Shown here piece by piece: positions 30,086 through 49,539 of a DNA stretch of 64,000 nucleotides. The DNA is from the human T2T-CHM13v2.0 reference genome, Homo sapiens. Where the stretch lies: NCBI RefSeq assembly GCF_009914755.1, contig NC_060934.1, one strand, 5' to 3'. The translations under genes were made by a program, and so were the position numbers. A model generated the notes under the pieces. That model ran no database searches. It was not told where the DNA came from and saw only the letters and a program-made list of their open reading frames with translations. Position 1 is the first letter of the stretch, and each line of letters begins with the position of its first letter.

Positions 30086-32439
30086 CTCCAAGTGGAATGT
30101 TGGAAGCTAGGAAGGATCTTAGTGAAATAATAAAACAATCTTACTTTTTGAAAAAAAAAATTTTCACATTTCTGTAAGAATTGTAATGAATGCCTCAGAA
30201 TACTCTTAGAGAAGTGAGTCAAATACAGCACCTCTCTTTTTCTGATGACAAAATATCTTTCTTCATCTCTGTATGTCTCTCTCATTTTGTCAGACTTTGG
30301 GACCTAAGAAGCTCACATATGGAGTTTAATTCTTATGTGCACTGTTTTTACTTAGGTAACACCTGGCATGTTTTCCCCAAGTTCACAAAAGAGGTGGATT
30401 CCCTGACAGAAATGGGGAGTCTAGCAAGTCAAAACATTGCCTCAAAAGCTTGGTGGAGGTTATTCTGTTGTCAGACATGCATGTTTTCACCTGCAGCATC
30501 TCTCCAAAAATGCGCAGGGCAATGCATTTAACTCTAGTTTTGAATAATGAAAGTAAAATGGGATAGCAGCTCAGCCAAACAGATGAAAAGAACAGCTCCT
30601 GCAAGATCTACAATGAGCCAGGTTTTGTTTTGTTTTATTTTTAATGTTTTACTCACCTGGTATAAACCATAATATTTTTTATTGTGAAAACAGAAAGGCA
30701 AGTGTTAAAAGAGCCCAAGCATGGCACCTATAGAGAATGAAAAATGTGGAACGTAACAAGTCATTCTGTCAGGACCTGCACAGAACCACACCTTTAAGCA
30801 TCATTCAAAGGCCAGCCTCTCAATGGGTTTTACTTCCCCAAAGAATAGTTTTGATCTTCTACTATAAATTCTGCAGGAAACATCAAGACCCTAAGACTGT
30901 GGCATAACTGTAAAACAAACCAAAATTTAAATATACAATGATAAAGCTCCTAGCTAGGAAAATGAAGAGTAGAATGAAAAACTAATTTCCAAGATCAATT
31001 TTGAAGGAAACACGAAAAAAATGGTTTTAAAGACATACTTCCTGCAGTTTTGTCTTTCCTTTTATATTACAGCAAATTTCTTTTCTCACAGTGGGATTTT
31101 AAGTTAATTTATAATTATACACACTTGCAGGGGATGAGAGAGAAATGACCTAATTGTAGACCAAATGGATACCCTCTGGCGATCCTGCAATTAGAGCTAC
31201 CAGGGTAATAGATGGGCTTTATCCTGCCTTGAGTGGATTCAGTGGCTGACCTGGCAGTGAGCACTGACAGTGGTTTGCAGAGTCCACAGCATAATGTCAA
31301 AATCTGCTTAAATTATTTGGAAGCAAAAATAAACAAATCAAAGTAAAATTCCAAGTGATCGTAGAACTCAAACTTCCTTTTCTCTGAGAAGATATAAATA
31401 CCAACTCTGACCATCAAGGGAGAAAAAATAAGCAGAAGGTTTTAATGCTGTCTCTCTATTTAACTAGATTCTAATTAGTTACAATTAAGCTGCCAGAGAA
31501 TAACAGCTACAGTGACATTGAAGACGAAAATGCCCAGTTCTAACATAATTCCCACCGTTTCTTTAGATTTCTCTTTTTTGTCATTGAGATTTAGTTGGAA
31601 ATGATAGGGGAAGCTAAAGGTCTTAACAGGTATCTAACAGGGTCACTGAAGCAGCAAATTCCTTTTTAGTAATTCTCTGGCCTTACTTTTCTCTCTGAAT
31701 ACTCTACAGCAAGAGAATAATTACTTTTATAATGTGTACTCAATTCTTTCCCCTCCTTCCAGCCAAGAGGGCATTTCCCTGCCTGTTCTTTCTGTACCAA
31801 CCCCAAACAGGGTACTTAACCTGAAATTTTAAAAGAGCCACATTCTTTGTCTAGTTAACAAAATATTCTGGCTAATATGGAGCTCCTAAGACCCATATGA
31901 AACAGTTAGAAAATGATATAAATGACATGTGATTGAGTTGGAGGAGAAAAAGAACCAATAAATTACTTTTTATGAGTTGGGAGAAATCAGAACAGAACAG
32001 AGTATTGTCTTGGTGTGTACAATGGTCACAGTGAGTGAATCAGTGATGTAAGGGGAGTGTGGCCCAAGATATGTGTGCTGAGATGGACTGCAATGACATG
32101 TGGTTACTAACTGCAGAAAGCAATGTCTGCACCTCAAGTAACTGATTATTTAGTGCCCTTTTCTGTGTTTTCTTCTATGTACAATGGAATTATCTAAAGC
32201 TATCGTATAGTTAATATTTAAGTGATAAATATTTTTATATCATCATCAACACATTTATTGTGGCTTCATTAAACAAAACTATGTCACACTGTCTTAAAGA
32301 GATTATAGGTATCTTAGTGAGAGCTAGTGTTTAAATAATAACTTGTCCAGATCTTCCAGTCCATCATGTAGTATCATTTCTCTTTGCATAGAAACAAATA
32401 CTTTCAAATGTTTACCCAAATCTTATGACTTGACATTTT

Positions 32440-33800
32440 TTTACCACCAGACCTGCATTACAAGAGGTTCTGAAAGGAGCACTAAATATGGAAAGGAAAA
32501 ACTGTCACCAGCCACTACAAAAATACACTTAGGTACACAGGCCAGTGGTGCTATAAAGCAATCACAAAAACAAGTCTGCATAATAACCAGCTAACAACAT
32601 GATGACAGATCATATCTGCACATATCAAGACTAACCTTGGATGTAAATGTGCTAGATGCCCTAAATAAAAGACACAGAATAGTAAGCTGAATAAAGAAGC
32701 AAGACCCAATTGTATGCTGTTTTCAAGAGACCCATCTCACATGCAATGATATCCACAGACTCAACATAAAGGGATTGAGAAAAATCTACTAAGCAAACAG
32801 CAAACAGAAAAAAAAACAGGGTTTGCAATCCTAATTTCAGATAAAATGGACTTTAAACCAACAAAGATTAAAAAAAAGATAAAGAAGGGCATTATATAAT
32901 GATAAAGGGTTCAATTCAACAAGAAGACCTAACAATCCTAAATATATATGCACACAACAAAGGAGCACCTGGATTCACAAAGCAAGTTCTTAGAGACTTC
33001 AATACCCCACTGGCAGTATTAGACAGATTATTGAGGCAGAAAATTAATGAAGATATACACGACCTGAACTCAACACTTGACCAAATAGACCTAATAGGCA
33101 CCTACAGAATTCTCCACCCCAAGACAATAACATGTACATTCTTCTCATTGCCACATGGCACACACTCCAAAATTGACCACATAATCAGACATAAAACAAT
33201 ACTCAGCAAGTTCCAAAAAAACCAAAATTATACCAACCACATTGTTGAACCACAGTGCAATAAAAATAGAAATCAACACTAAGAAAATCACTCAAAACCA
33301 CACAAACACTCAAAAAAAAATAAAACTTGAGGCCAAAGCTTTGATGAACATAGGCCAAGCTTTATTCCTCAGATGCAAGATTGGTTCAACGTATGTGAAT
33401 GAATAAGTGTGACTCATCACATAAACAGAACTAATAACAAAATGACATGATTACCTCAATAGATGCAGAAAAGGCATTTGATAAAATTTAACATCCATTC
33501 ATGTTAAAACCCCCCAATAAACTAGGCATCAAAGGAACATATTTCAAAATAATAAGAGCCATATATGACAAACCCACAGCCAACATTACTGAATGGGCAA
33601 AAACTGAAAGTATTCCCCTTGAAAACCCACACAAGATAAAAATGCCCTCTCTCACCACTCTAATTCAACATACTATTGGAAGTCCTAGCCAGAGCAATCA
33701 GTCAAGAGAAAGAAATAAAAAGCATCAGAATAGTAAGAGAGGAAGTCTAACCATCCCGGTTTGCAGATTACATAATTCTGTATATAGAAAACCTCATAGG
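32440..33800 (+). mobile_element. Internal L1P fragment (ORF1 end, ORF2 endonuclease domain, part of RT) with deletions and no 3'UTR
   Basis: ORF 32899-33282 (MIKGSIQQEDLTILNIYA) is the L1 EN domain; ORF at 33501 ([24 protein letters not shown]) is RT. Confidence 0.9.
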
Positions 33801-33829
33801 CTCTGCTTTCAACTTATAGCCTGGATTCA

Positions 33830-34370
33830 ACCAGTTCTCATTGCCTTCTCTGCATTACCCTACTCCAAATCATCACCATCTCCCACCAGCATATTCCAAA
33901 ATCACATTCTCTGCCTTTTCCTTGTAAAAAAAAAGTCACATTCAAACCTCCTATGTGTTAAAATCACATTCTACAAAGTCCTGTGTGATTTGGCCTCCAC
34001 TGTCCCTTTGGCCTCCTCTCCCATTCCTCATGCACATGGAGCTCACTTCTGCCCCAGGGCCATATGTGCACTTTTGTTCTTTCTTTCATAGGACCATTAA
34101 GCATTCTGTTCAAATGTCCCTTCTTCAGGCTCTTCTGGGCCACATTCTGTGGGCCATGCAGCGTCTCCCCTACTTATAACCTACACTTGAAGAACACAAG
34201 CCATGGCTGGTATGTCTATGTCCATACTTAGATTATCAGTCTATTATTTACTTCTTTATTTCATTTTTGTTTCATGTATTATAATCTAATCTCTAAAAGG
34301 AAAAGAATTCATGAAGTTCTACCACCTGGAATGCAGCCAGGCACATAGCAGAACCTCAAGAAATAGTAGA
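33830..34370 (+). mobile_element. L2 fragments
   Basis: ctacaaagtcctgtgtgatttggcc; 3' end ccaggcacatagcagaacctcaagaaatagt. Confidence 0.55.
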
Positions 34371-34608
34371 GACACTAATTTGTCATAATAATTAATTCAG
34401 ACACCTAAATGGTTGTGGTGGTCTATTATGGGCATATTCATAAAGGCATTAATCCACTAGTCAAGATATGTCATTACTGGCCCCTGAATTGCCTCAGTAC
34501 TCCAAAGTACCACAAATGAGAACACATATTTCCTTCATGATGATCTGAATTGCTTTTTGCAGAGAATAGTAGGTAGTTTCATGTTACTCGAGTTGCTAAA
34601 CAGATTGC

Positions 34609-34985
34609 TATATTAGAAAGTTTGGGCTGCTATACAAAATATCATAAACTAGGAGGTGTAAACAACAAACATTTATTTTCTACTGTTCTGGAGGCTGGAA
34701 AGTCCAAGATCAAGGTGCTTACATATTCACTTCCTAGTGAGGGCTCTCTTTCTGGTTAACAGATGGTTGCCTTCTTGCCGTTTCCTCACATAGCAGGGAG
34801 AGAGACGGGGCTCTGGTCTCTTTGTCTTTTCATAACGGCTCTGATTCTATCATGGGGCTCCACATCATGACCTCATCTAAACCTAATTTCCTCTGAAAGG
34901 CCCTGCCTCCAAATATCATCACATTAGAGACTGAAGATTCAACATTTGAATTTGGTGGAAAAATACAAATTTTCAGTTCATAGCA
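34609..34985 (-). mobile_element. MaLR solo LTR (MLT1A/MST-like)
   Basis: gttctggaggctggaaagtccaagatcaaggtgc...catgacctcatctaaacctaat...cagttcatagca. Confidence 0.88.
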
Positions 34986-36150
34986 ATTGTCTTTCTTAAA
35001 ACAAAGCTGTAACACGGGTTTTGGAGGAAAGTGGATCTTCCATTCAGTTTACTAATTTCTTGTAGAAATAAAATAAAATAATCAATTAAAGTCTGGGAGC
35101 ATTTGCAAAATAAGCTAATATAATTAAATGGCTAAGCTAGCTAAGGTAAGAATTCACTGCTAGGACAATTAAAGTTTCCTGTTGCATCTAGGATGTGTGC
35201 TGTACTGGGCCACTAATTCCTTTAGGTTAATATAATAGTTTTATGTTACGATTGATAAATGGTGTTAACCAAATTTCATTAAATGCTAAGTATTATTTCT
35301 CATAAAATTATTCTAGAATGGAGATGATTCATTTTAAAGATGTTATTTATCTTAGTTACACATTGTAATTTATGGTAAATGTTATTTATGCCCTCTTAAA
35401 TTGAAAGGGTTGTTGAAAAGTAAACAGTTCACTGTGGCTTAATACATTTGTCAAATGTTTCTGTTTTAGACTCCTATAATTACAGCTATTGTAAGGAATG
35501 AAGATAGTGGGATTTTGACAGTTTCCTGATCCTGCTTTATTTTTTCCCCAAAATGTTTCTGTATCTGAAAAACTGAAACTATAGTCATCCTAAACTTCTG
35601 ATTCTGTAAGCAGAAGAAACAGCAACGGCTTGAATTTTTACTTCCTTCTAACATTTTCTGTTTATGATTTAATATGAGTGATTATTCTAATATTTTAGTG
35701 TAGGTCATTATCACTTGGTGGTATTATTAAAAATACAAATGCCTCATTTCCTCCCACACCGCCTGATTTAATAAGTGTCAGAAAGAGGTAGAACATCTTT
35801 ATTTTGAACTGTTCTTTTGGACAGCCACAGTTTTCAGATAGTACATAAGGTATATATCGTAAAGAAGTATGACCATGCAAAGCAAAAGAGAACTACAGTC
35901 ACTTCAAGGAATGGGACAAACATAGAGATTGAAATGACAGCTTTAACTATAACCAAATGGAACAACCTAAAATATAAGACAGTAATAGGAGATGAAGAAC
36001 AATCAAGGGACTAAGCAACTCCAGAGAGGCAACAAAGAAGCAGGTTGGACATTTCAGAAAATCAAGTGGGTAAATCAGAAGCCTATCCATCCACACAATG
36101 TTCACAAGTGTTTATTGTGTTTCTGCTGTGTGGTAGAAAAGACAGAGCCC

Positions 36151-36452
<302 letters not shown>

Positions 36453-36883
36453 GCCAAGAACATAAAAGAAGACTTCTTAATAAAGAGAATATGAAAAGAT
36501 TTAAATGAAAGAACATACAGCTATTAAAATCAATGCAAGTAGAATATATTACTCTATTAAAATAAATAGACTTCTAGATTGATAGAAAAAATGGTTTAGA
36601 TGTATTCTGTTTCTAAGACATAGCTCGTAAAACAAAAGCAAAAGAGTAATGCTGCAAATATAGGATAGGCCAAGCTATGCTATGCAAATGAAAACCAACA
36701 GAAAGCAGATAAAGCAATATTAAGATCAAAGAAGAATTCAAAGTAAAAGAATGCTGTCTTAAGATAAAATGTATGAATTACAGTAGAGATGAGAATACAT
36801 GTACTGCTATGAACCTAAAATATTATACCCTATTTACAACAGTAGCTTATATAAATTTTAAGAGAAACAAGATCTCATATTAA

Positions 36884-37518
<635 letters not shown>

Positions 37519-37701
37519 AGATACTTCTCTTATATTACCAATCAAGTAACCAAAAATAATTATAAAGTAATAATTCTTGCCATTTTCAAAATAAATGCTC
37601 ACATGTAATAAACTTAAACTTTTATACCTTCTTTAAGTGTTATCTAAAAATTTTAAATAAGTTGAATTGTTGTTAAGGCAAATAAAAATGATGGTAAATA
37701 T

Positions 37702-37773
37702 AATTTTCTTCAAATTATAGGCACTGTTCAATTTGATCTGCCATTGAACAGTGCCTATAATTTGAAGAAAATT
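37702..37773. repeat. Perfect inverted repeat, 31-bp arms, 10-nt spacer
   Basis: aattttcttcaaattataggcactgttcaat / ttgatctgcc / attgaacagtgcctataatttgaagaaaatt. Confidence 0.98.
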
Positions 37774-38742
37774 CAAATTTCTTCAAGGGGTTTGTAGACA
37801 CAAGTTGAAAAATAACTGTTATGTAGCATATGAATAATACAGCCAAATACATTAAGAAACATACAAAGAAACTACTTCATTAAAAAAAAATGTTATTTTC
37901 AAATATTTGAGACATTTACAAAAGTTGCCGATAAGGAAAACATGAAAACATTTTTCAATGTATAGTTTGAAACATGCAAAACTGCCATTTTCACAAATCA
38001 CATGCAGCTGAAGATTGGCAACTTCACACAGAACAATCTACACAAATGCACAGACTGTGTTCTCTAACACTGCAACTGCCAAAACGATTCATTTGGAACA
38101 TAACTAAGCCATTTGTAAATTCGTAGCATTGGGACAGTGTGCAGTGTAACCTTTGGCCTTTGTTTTCTTTCAGTCTGTGTCTGTGTGGTTCTAGATTTGG
38201 TCCATTTTGTTTTTGCCAACACATCTCTGCCTTTTTTTCTTTCTGTATTAAAATTCTTCATAACAAATTTGTTTGAATAAATGGTCTCTCCTACAAATCA
38301 ACTCCAGAACTTAGAAATGGCAATTTGTTAATTCAAAAAAAAAATAAAACAATTATTATAGGTGAAAAAAGTAATTGATTAAAAAGGAGATTATAATGAA
38401 ATTGATAACTAAAATCTGTACCTAGAAAAATCTCAGCAACTAGCAAGAAAACCTCAGTACTCAGCAAGAAAACCACAAACAAATTCATGTTCCAACACCA
38501 GGAATTATTTTATAGAGAGATCATTCATAAAAAGCAAATGTTAATTTAAATTTTGGGCTGAAATATTTGCACATGTGTGCATTGTGTATGTAAAATATAC
38601 ATAATTAAAAATAAAGTTATAGAGTTAAAATGAAAATCCCCAAACAAAACAAAACATCACACAATAAAGCACTCCTAAACAGAATAAAAACTATAAAGAA
38701 TGGGAAAAGATGTGAAAGAATTCCCCCAAACCCTCCTTGCCC

Positions 38743-39093
<351 letters not shown>

Positions 39094-40962
39094 TAAGAAT
39101 GGGTTCCATCAAGTCTTCAAGGAACAGATAAGTACTATGATATTAAGATAGTACTGAAATTTTTTCAATTTCCTAAGGCATTTTAAACATTACTAAGATA
39201 ATGCAGAAAAGTATAAACCATTTTCACCAATGAATTAGATAAAAACATTTCTAGAAAACATTAGCATGCTCAACCACATAGCAAGTTTAAGGAATATCAT
39301 ATCATTAAAGTCCGGATAGGGGTCAACTTTGTGGGGGATAGGCACGGACTAATATAGGGGGAATATACAGTAGTGAATGGAAGATAATGAAAATGCTTTT
39401 ATTCCCAAGCTGGATCAAGATTTCTTGAGAGTTCTTGTTGTCATTATGTTTTATAACTTACATATATTACCTATGTTCTTTTTTATGTTTCAAATATCAT
39501 CTTAATTAAAAATAATTGAGAAAAAACAAAAGAAGATTATATCTAAGAAAGTTTACTGAGCCAAGAATGTGATCTTATTAAACACTGGCAAATACAGTAA
39601 CATGATTCCTCACATTAGTGAGATAGAGGAGAAAAATTCATGGCCATTGTGACAAATTCGAAAAGTAAATGGACATAGTTCAGTGCTTACTCTCTTATAA
39701 ATGAAGAAACAAGCTCAAAAGACTAAAATCTATGAAGATGAGCCTAGAGAAGACTATAGTATATGATCATTGTGGCCCCTCAAACCGTTAAATAAAAGGC
39801 AAGCTTTTCATTTAATATTATTAGGACAGCAAGCTAATTATATTTGATAAACAATATTAGATTGTTATGTCATAGGTATACCTAAAATACCAATAATGTG
39901 ATTAAAAACAAAATACAAAATAATCCATAAAGTACTGGATGGAGGTGGGTGAAAATGTAATAGTTTTCCTGTGGGGCAGACGTTTCCATGCATGGCCAAC
40001 TATAAAACTATAGGGAAAATGTTCATAGCTTGCCGACAACCATAACAGAAAAACCTTATATAAAAAACAGAAGGAGACCCCCCGCCACCGAAAAAATTCA
40101 GCATGGCAGAAAACCACTACAAACAGTATTAGAAGGCAAACCACAAATTTGAAAAAAATAACAAGCTTCTAGTGAATATGATAGGCAAATGACTAATTCT
40201 GATATGTAGAAATCGACAATAAAAAAAGGAATAACTTAGTGGAAAATATAGCATGAAATTTTAAAAAATGAGTAAAGTGGACAATAAACTGACAAAAAAA
40301 AAGATGTTCAGTTTCAGTAGTAAGCAAAGAAATGCAAACTTTAAAAATCAAAATGGAATTTCCCATCTGTTATATTTTCAAAGTCTAAAATAAATACTAA
40401 TAATATATATAGGATGTTGGAAAGCAGGCAAACTTCTTTTTTAAACTGATAAAAGTTTTCTAAGAGCAAGTTATAGTATTGTATGCATGCCCTTTAATCC
40501 AGCAATTCTACTTCTAAGAGTTTCTCCTAGGAGAAAATAACCCCGAACCCCAAATGTATGAGTGTATATAGTAGGGTATCTATCATAGAGTTCAGATAGA
40601 TAGATAGATTTTTATACATATATTAAGTAATTATAAGCAATCTAAAATTTCAATAAGAGCAGTTTGGTAATAGATTACCTTACATTCATACCTAGTACTT
40701 AGTCAGTGGATGTGGATCAGCAAACATTATAAAACAGAATGCCTAACATGATCCCATCCTTATATAAAACTAAAAAATCTCTCAAATGTATTATATTTGT
40801 CATTATATGACATTATATATAAGAAATTATATATATGACACATATATATAACATATATATATATAATATACTGAATTGTATTCTCCCACCAAACTTATAC
40901 ATTGAAACTCTAGTCCCCAGTATCTCTGAATGTGACTATATTTGGAGATGGAGGCTTTAAAG

Positions 40963-41192
40963 CAAGCTTGTCCAACTCACAACAGGTGGGCTGCACATGG
41001 CCCAGGATGGCTTTGAATGTAAAATTGTGTTTACAACACAAATGTGTAAACTTTCTTAAAACATTTTGAGGTTTTTTTGCAATTTTTTTTTTAGCTCATG
41101 AGCTATTGTTAGTGTTAGTGTATTTTATGTGTGACCCAAGATAATTATTCTTTCAATATGACCCAGGGAAGCCAAAAGATTGGACACCCCTG
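40963..41192. mobile_element. MER30 (hAT-Charlie) with 8-bp TSD
   Basis: caagcttgtccaac...gccaaaagattggacacccctg; TSD ctttaaag/ctttaaat. Confidence 0.92.
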
Positions 41193-41376
41193 CTTTAAAT
41201 AGATGATTTAGTTAAATAAGCCTGTTAAAGTGAGCCCTAATCCAATCTGACTGGTGTTCTTATAAATTTGGGCACACAAAACAACACCAGAAATACTCAA
41301 GCACAGACAAAAGATCAGGTGCGGACACAGTGAGAAGGCAGCCATGTGCAAGCCTGGAAGAGAGGCCTCAGAAGAA

Positions 41377-41570
41377 TGCTACAAGAAGTGTGTTTACTAA
41401 GATACAAGAAGTGTTGGCAAGGATGTAGAGAAACTAGAACTCTTGTGCATCACTGGTGGGAATGTAAAATGGCCCAGACACTATGGAAAACGTCTGGCAT
41501 TTCTTCAAAAAGTTAAACATAAAATTACCATATGATCCAGCCAAAAAAAAGAAAAAAAACGAAAAAGAAA
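41377..41570 (+). mobile_element. Short internal L1M ORF2-end fragment with an A-rich tail
   Basis: aagtgttggcaaggatgtagagaaactagaac...aattaccatatgatccagcc followed by aaaaaaaagaaaaaaaacgaaaaagaaa. Confidence 0.8.
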
Positions 41571-41744
41571 GCAAACCTGTTGGATCTTGGTAGCAAGATA
41601 CAGACACCTTGATCTTGGACTTTCAGTCTCCAGAATTGTGAGAAAATAAGTTTCCATTGTTAAGCCACCCAGTGTGGTATATTGCTATGGCAGCCCTAGC
41701 AGACCAATACTAAGGATATGTGTGTGTATGTATGTATGTATGCA

Positions 41745-42099
41745 TAAATGTGTCATGATTACTTGACTGAGATATATTCTGAGAAATGTGTAATTAGGTG
41801 ATGATTTTGTCATTGTGCAAACATTGAGTACAGTTACACAAACCTAGATGTTGTAGCCCACTACACACCTAGACTGTATGGCATAGCCTATTCCCCCTAG
41901 GCTACAAACCAGGACAGCAGGTGACTATTTACACCAGCATCACCACAAACACACAAAGAATGTGTTGTGCTGCTATGTTCTGATGGCTTGGACATCACTA
42001 GGTGATAGGAATTTTTCAGCTCCATTACAATCTTACGGGACCTACCGTTGTGTATTTGGTCCTTCATTGGCTGAAATGCTGTTATATAGCACGAGACTG
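41745..42099. mobile_element. Tigger3-family deletion derivative (Tigger3a-like)
   Basis: ttacacaaacctagatg...ctaggctacaaacc...cactaggtgataggaatttttcagctccatta...gactg followed by TA. Confidence 0.85.
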
Positions 42100-43339
42100 T
42101 ATGTTTATTATAGATACACTGCATAATGTTTTTTTATATATTTAAATAACTGAATAATATAGCCAGTAATGTCAAGAATTGCTTTTTCTAGATAGTAATT
42201 TTAATTTTTAGTATATTTGTATAGATATTTTTAATTATCTTGAGTTTTTGTAAGAACAAAAATAAAGCTATTTTAATGTGCAAAAAAAATTCAGTACTCA
42301 ACTGATTCTTGTTTCTCTACTGCAACATCTAGTGTAGTACCTTATGCATAGAAAAGACAATAAAAAATTATTGATTAAAACATTTAAAGATCAGATTGTA
42401 TTAGTTGACACGTTTTTGTCAAGCGACTCTTAAAAACACAATGAACCTTCATGGAGTGACAGTTTCTCCAGCTTTTTATTAATAAATGCCCAGACCTGTA
42501 TTTTCACAGTGCTCTCTCTGTCAGCCTATCTAGTTGACATATTTATAGGACTTAATATTTGGCCCTTAAGTATGTTTACATCTAGTTTTCTTTTGAGCAG
42601 TTTCAGTTCTTTACTATTTATAGATTCTATTTTTGGGCTTGGTTGTCATGATTTATCTTTTTTTGCCTGACACTGCATTTTGGTCAGGCCACGTGTAGGC
42701 TTGCTGAAATGGTTATCCGACCTTTATATTTTTTTTCCTGTGGCCCCTCATCTTATTTTCATCTCTGAAGCTACTATGTCATATTGATAAGTGAGAATGG
42801 ATGGGGCCCCAGTGTCTGACACAGATAAAGCTATCAAAAATATCCCGCAGGGGCAAGCCCCAGGTCCAAATAGGTCTTGTGAGATCTGTAGCGACACTTC
42901 AGAGTTCCTCTCCCTGAACATGCATTTAATCATTGTGCAGATGCGAGCCGTTTTCCCTTTGCCCCTAAACTCTGGATCCTGAGATCACAAATCTGTACCT
43001 CCTGCAGGCATATATCTTTTATTAATGGAAACATCAAAATTCTGGCGCAGCTTTGGCAACTCAGTTTGCAAAGGATTATTAAGCTCTTTTGAGTGCTCCA
43101 GAAAAGTAAGATGCATGTCTGGTGTCTTAAAAAGTCGTGCAGAGATGGAAACTTAGCCAGTTGTATTTTAGATGAAGGCATTAATGGCTTTTGCATTTCA
43201 TATTATTAGTAAAAATAGTTAATATAAGCCAAGTAGGTCTATGTGGGGTAGTGAGAGACATTACTAATTCATAGCTCCTGGGTTTTTAGTATCTTCTATC
43301 TTAAAAAGAAAAGTTTTGACTGTGGACCTAGAAATTTAA

Positions 43340-44400
43340 CTGCCCCCACCCACCAATTTCCCCTATTTTAAACAGTTTGCATTAGCGTGGTACATTTGAT
43401 AAAATTGTTAAGCCAATATTGTTGCATTCACTAAAGCTTATAGTTGGCCTTAGAAACCCTGCTGTTTCTGTGATACATCCTAAAAATTTTGACAAATGTA
43501 TAATGACATGTATCCACCAGAATGGTATCATATGGAACAGGCTCACTGCCCTAAAATCCGCTGCATTCAACCTACTTAAGTCTCCCCACTCCATCCACAA
43601 CACACTGAACCCCTGGAAAACACTGATCTTTTCTCAATCTCTACAGGTTTGCCTTTTTCAGAATAACATATAGTTGAGTCATACAGTATGTAGCCTTTTC
43701 CAGTTGGCTTCCTTTATCTAGCAATATGCACTTAAGTTTTCTCTATGTCTTCTTGTGACTTGCTAGCTCATTTATTTTTATTGTTGAATAATATTCCACT
43801 GCCTGGATGTACCATAGTTTGCTTATCCATTCACGTATTGAATGACATCTTTGCTCCTTCCAAGATTTGTATTTGGCAATTACAAATAAAGATGTTATGA
43901 ACATTTGTGTGCAGGGTTTTGGGTGGACGTTAGTTTCCAACTCATTTGCGTAAATACCAAAGAACATAGTTACTGGATCACATGGCAGGAGAATGGTCAG
44001 TTTTGCAGCAAACTGCTAAACTGTCTTTCACAGTGGCTGTGCCATTTTCATTCCCATCAGCAATGAGTGAGAGTTCCTGCTGCTCCACATCCTCACCAGC
44101 ATGTGGTTGTTGCAGGGTTCCAGATTTCTGGCATTCGAGTAGGTGTGTACTGGAATGCCAATGTTGAATTAATTTTCATTTCCCTACAGACATCACAGCG
44201 GACATTATTATGTGCTTATCCACCATCTGTAGATCTTCTTAATGAAGTATCTCTTCAAATCTTAAATTGGGCTTTTTTTCTTATTGTTGAACTTTAACAG
44301 TCCTTTATAAATTTTTGGATACTGGTCGTCTTTTATCAGATATGAGTTTTGCAAATTTTTCCTCTCAGTATGTGGCTTGTCTTTTCAGTGTCTTAAAAAT
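43340..44400 (-). mobile_element. L1MC-like 3' region
   Basis: ttttgacaaatgtataatgacatgtatccacc; ORF 43743-43967 resembles the ORF2 C-terminus. Confidence 0.82.
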
Positions 44401-44579
44401 CTGTTCTTTGTCATTCCATTAAATTAATTCATGCATAGAATAGAAAAACAGAAAATTCAGATTAAAAAAGAATATACTTAATTTTAAACTAAATTCTACT
44501 AGAGAAAGCCATTGATAATATTTTGATATATTATCTAATATATCTGTATGTATACAGATATACAAACACATATATACAT

Positions 44580-45394
<815 letters not shown>

Positions 45395-45998
45395 TATATG
45401 TATATATGTAAATATAGACATAAACATGTATTCATACAAATGAATCATAGTAAGCATATTTTATGATCTGCTTTTTGAGTTAATATAACATGATCCTCTA
45501 TCCATGTCAATCCAATACATCTCTATATTATTATTTTTAGAGCTGATGTAGTAGTATAAATACATAACCACACAAAGGGATCCATTTTCTAAATTACTTG
45601 GGTTTTTATTCTCCCCTCACAAAAAGAATAACTGAAAATAGAAAGAAGAAAAAAATGATATCAATTGAATAACTAATACAAGCCAGACATTTTATGTGAA
45701 TTATCTCACTTACATGTTACAGTAATTCTACAATGCAGATTTTTCTAACATTTAAAAGATGCAACCCACAAAGCTGGTACTTAATCTATTCTGTTTGATT
45801 CCAAAATTTATAATGTCTCCAGGACCCCTTGTTGCATAAATGGGTACAAGTGAATTGCAAAATACTTGAGCTTTGTGTTGAGCTAATGATGTAGGAGGAA
45901 AACTTCCACTGCAATGCTATTCCTTGAGTTATTACTTTAATTACTAAGAACTACTTTTAATGAATGAATGCATAGAATGAAAATACTTATTTATAAGA

Positions 45999-49230
<3,232 letters not shown>

Positions 49231-49539
49231 ATCTAAGGAGAGATGTTTTATCAGAAAAGTTCTTACAACTCCAATATTCCATGGTAGTATTAAATGTAGA
49301 AAAATGGGAAAGATTGAAAAAAACCCAAAGAAATAAGACCTGCAACACATTGAAGCATGGGAAGATATTAATGAAAATAGAAAACTTGGGCTCAAATTTA
49401 AATGATGTAAAAAGATCTTAAGAAGTAGTACCATTGATGTTCTAGGTAAAAGACTGTTATTTTTAGGATATAACATTTTAAAATTTTAAGAATAATTTCC
49501 CTTGCAGGCTCTATTGGTGCTTAGGTTATCTAGGGAATT

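Larger units (their letters stand above)
40870..41711 (+). mobile_element. MLT1B-like MaLR LTR interrupted by MER30 and a polyadenylated L1 fragment
   Basis: gaatgtgactatatttggagat...gccctaatccaatctgactggtgttcttata...ccttgatcttggactttcagtctccagaattgtgagaaaataa...gcagccctagcagaccaatac. Confidence 0.88.
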
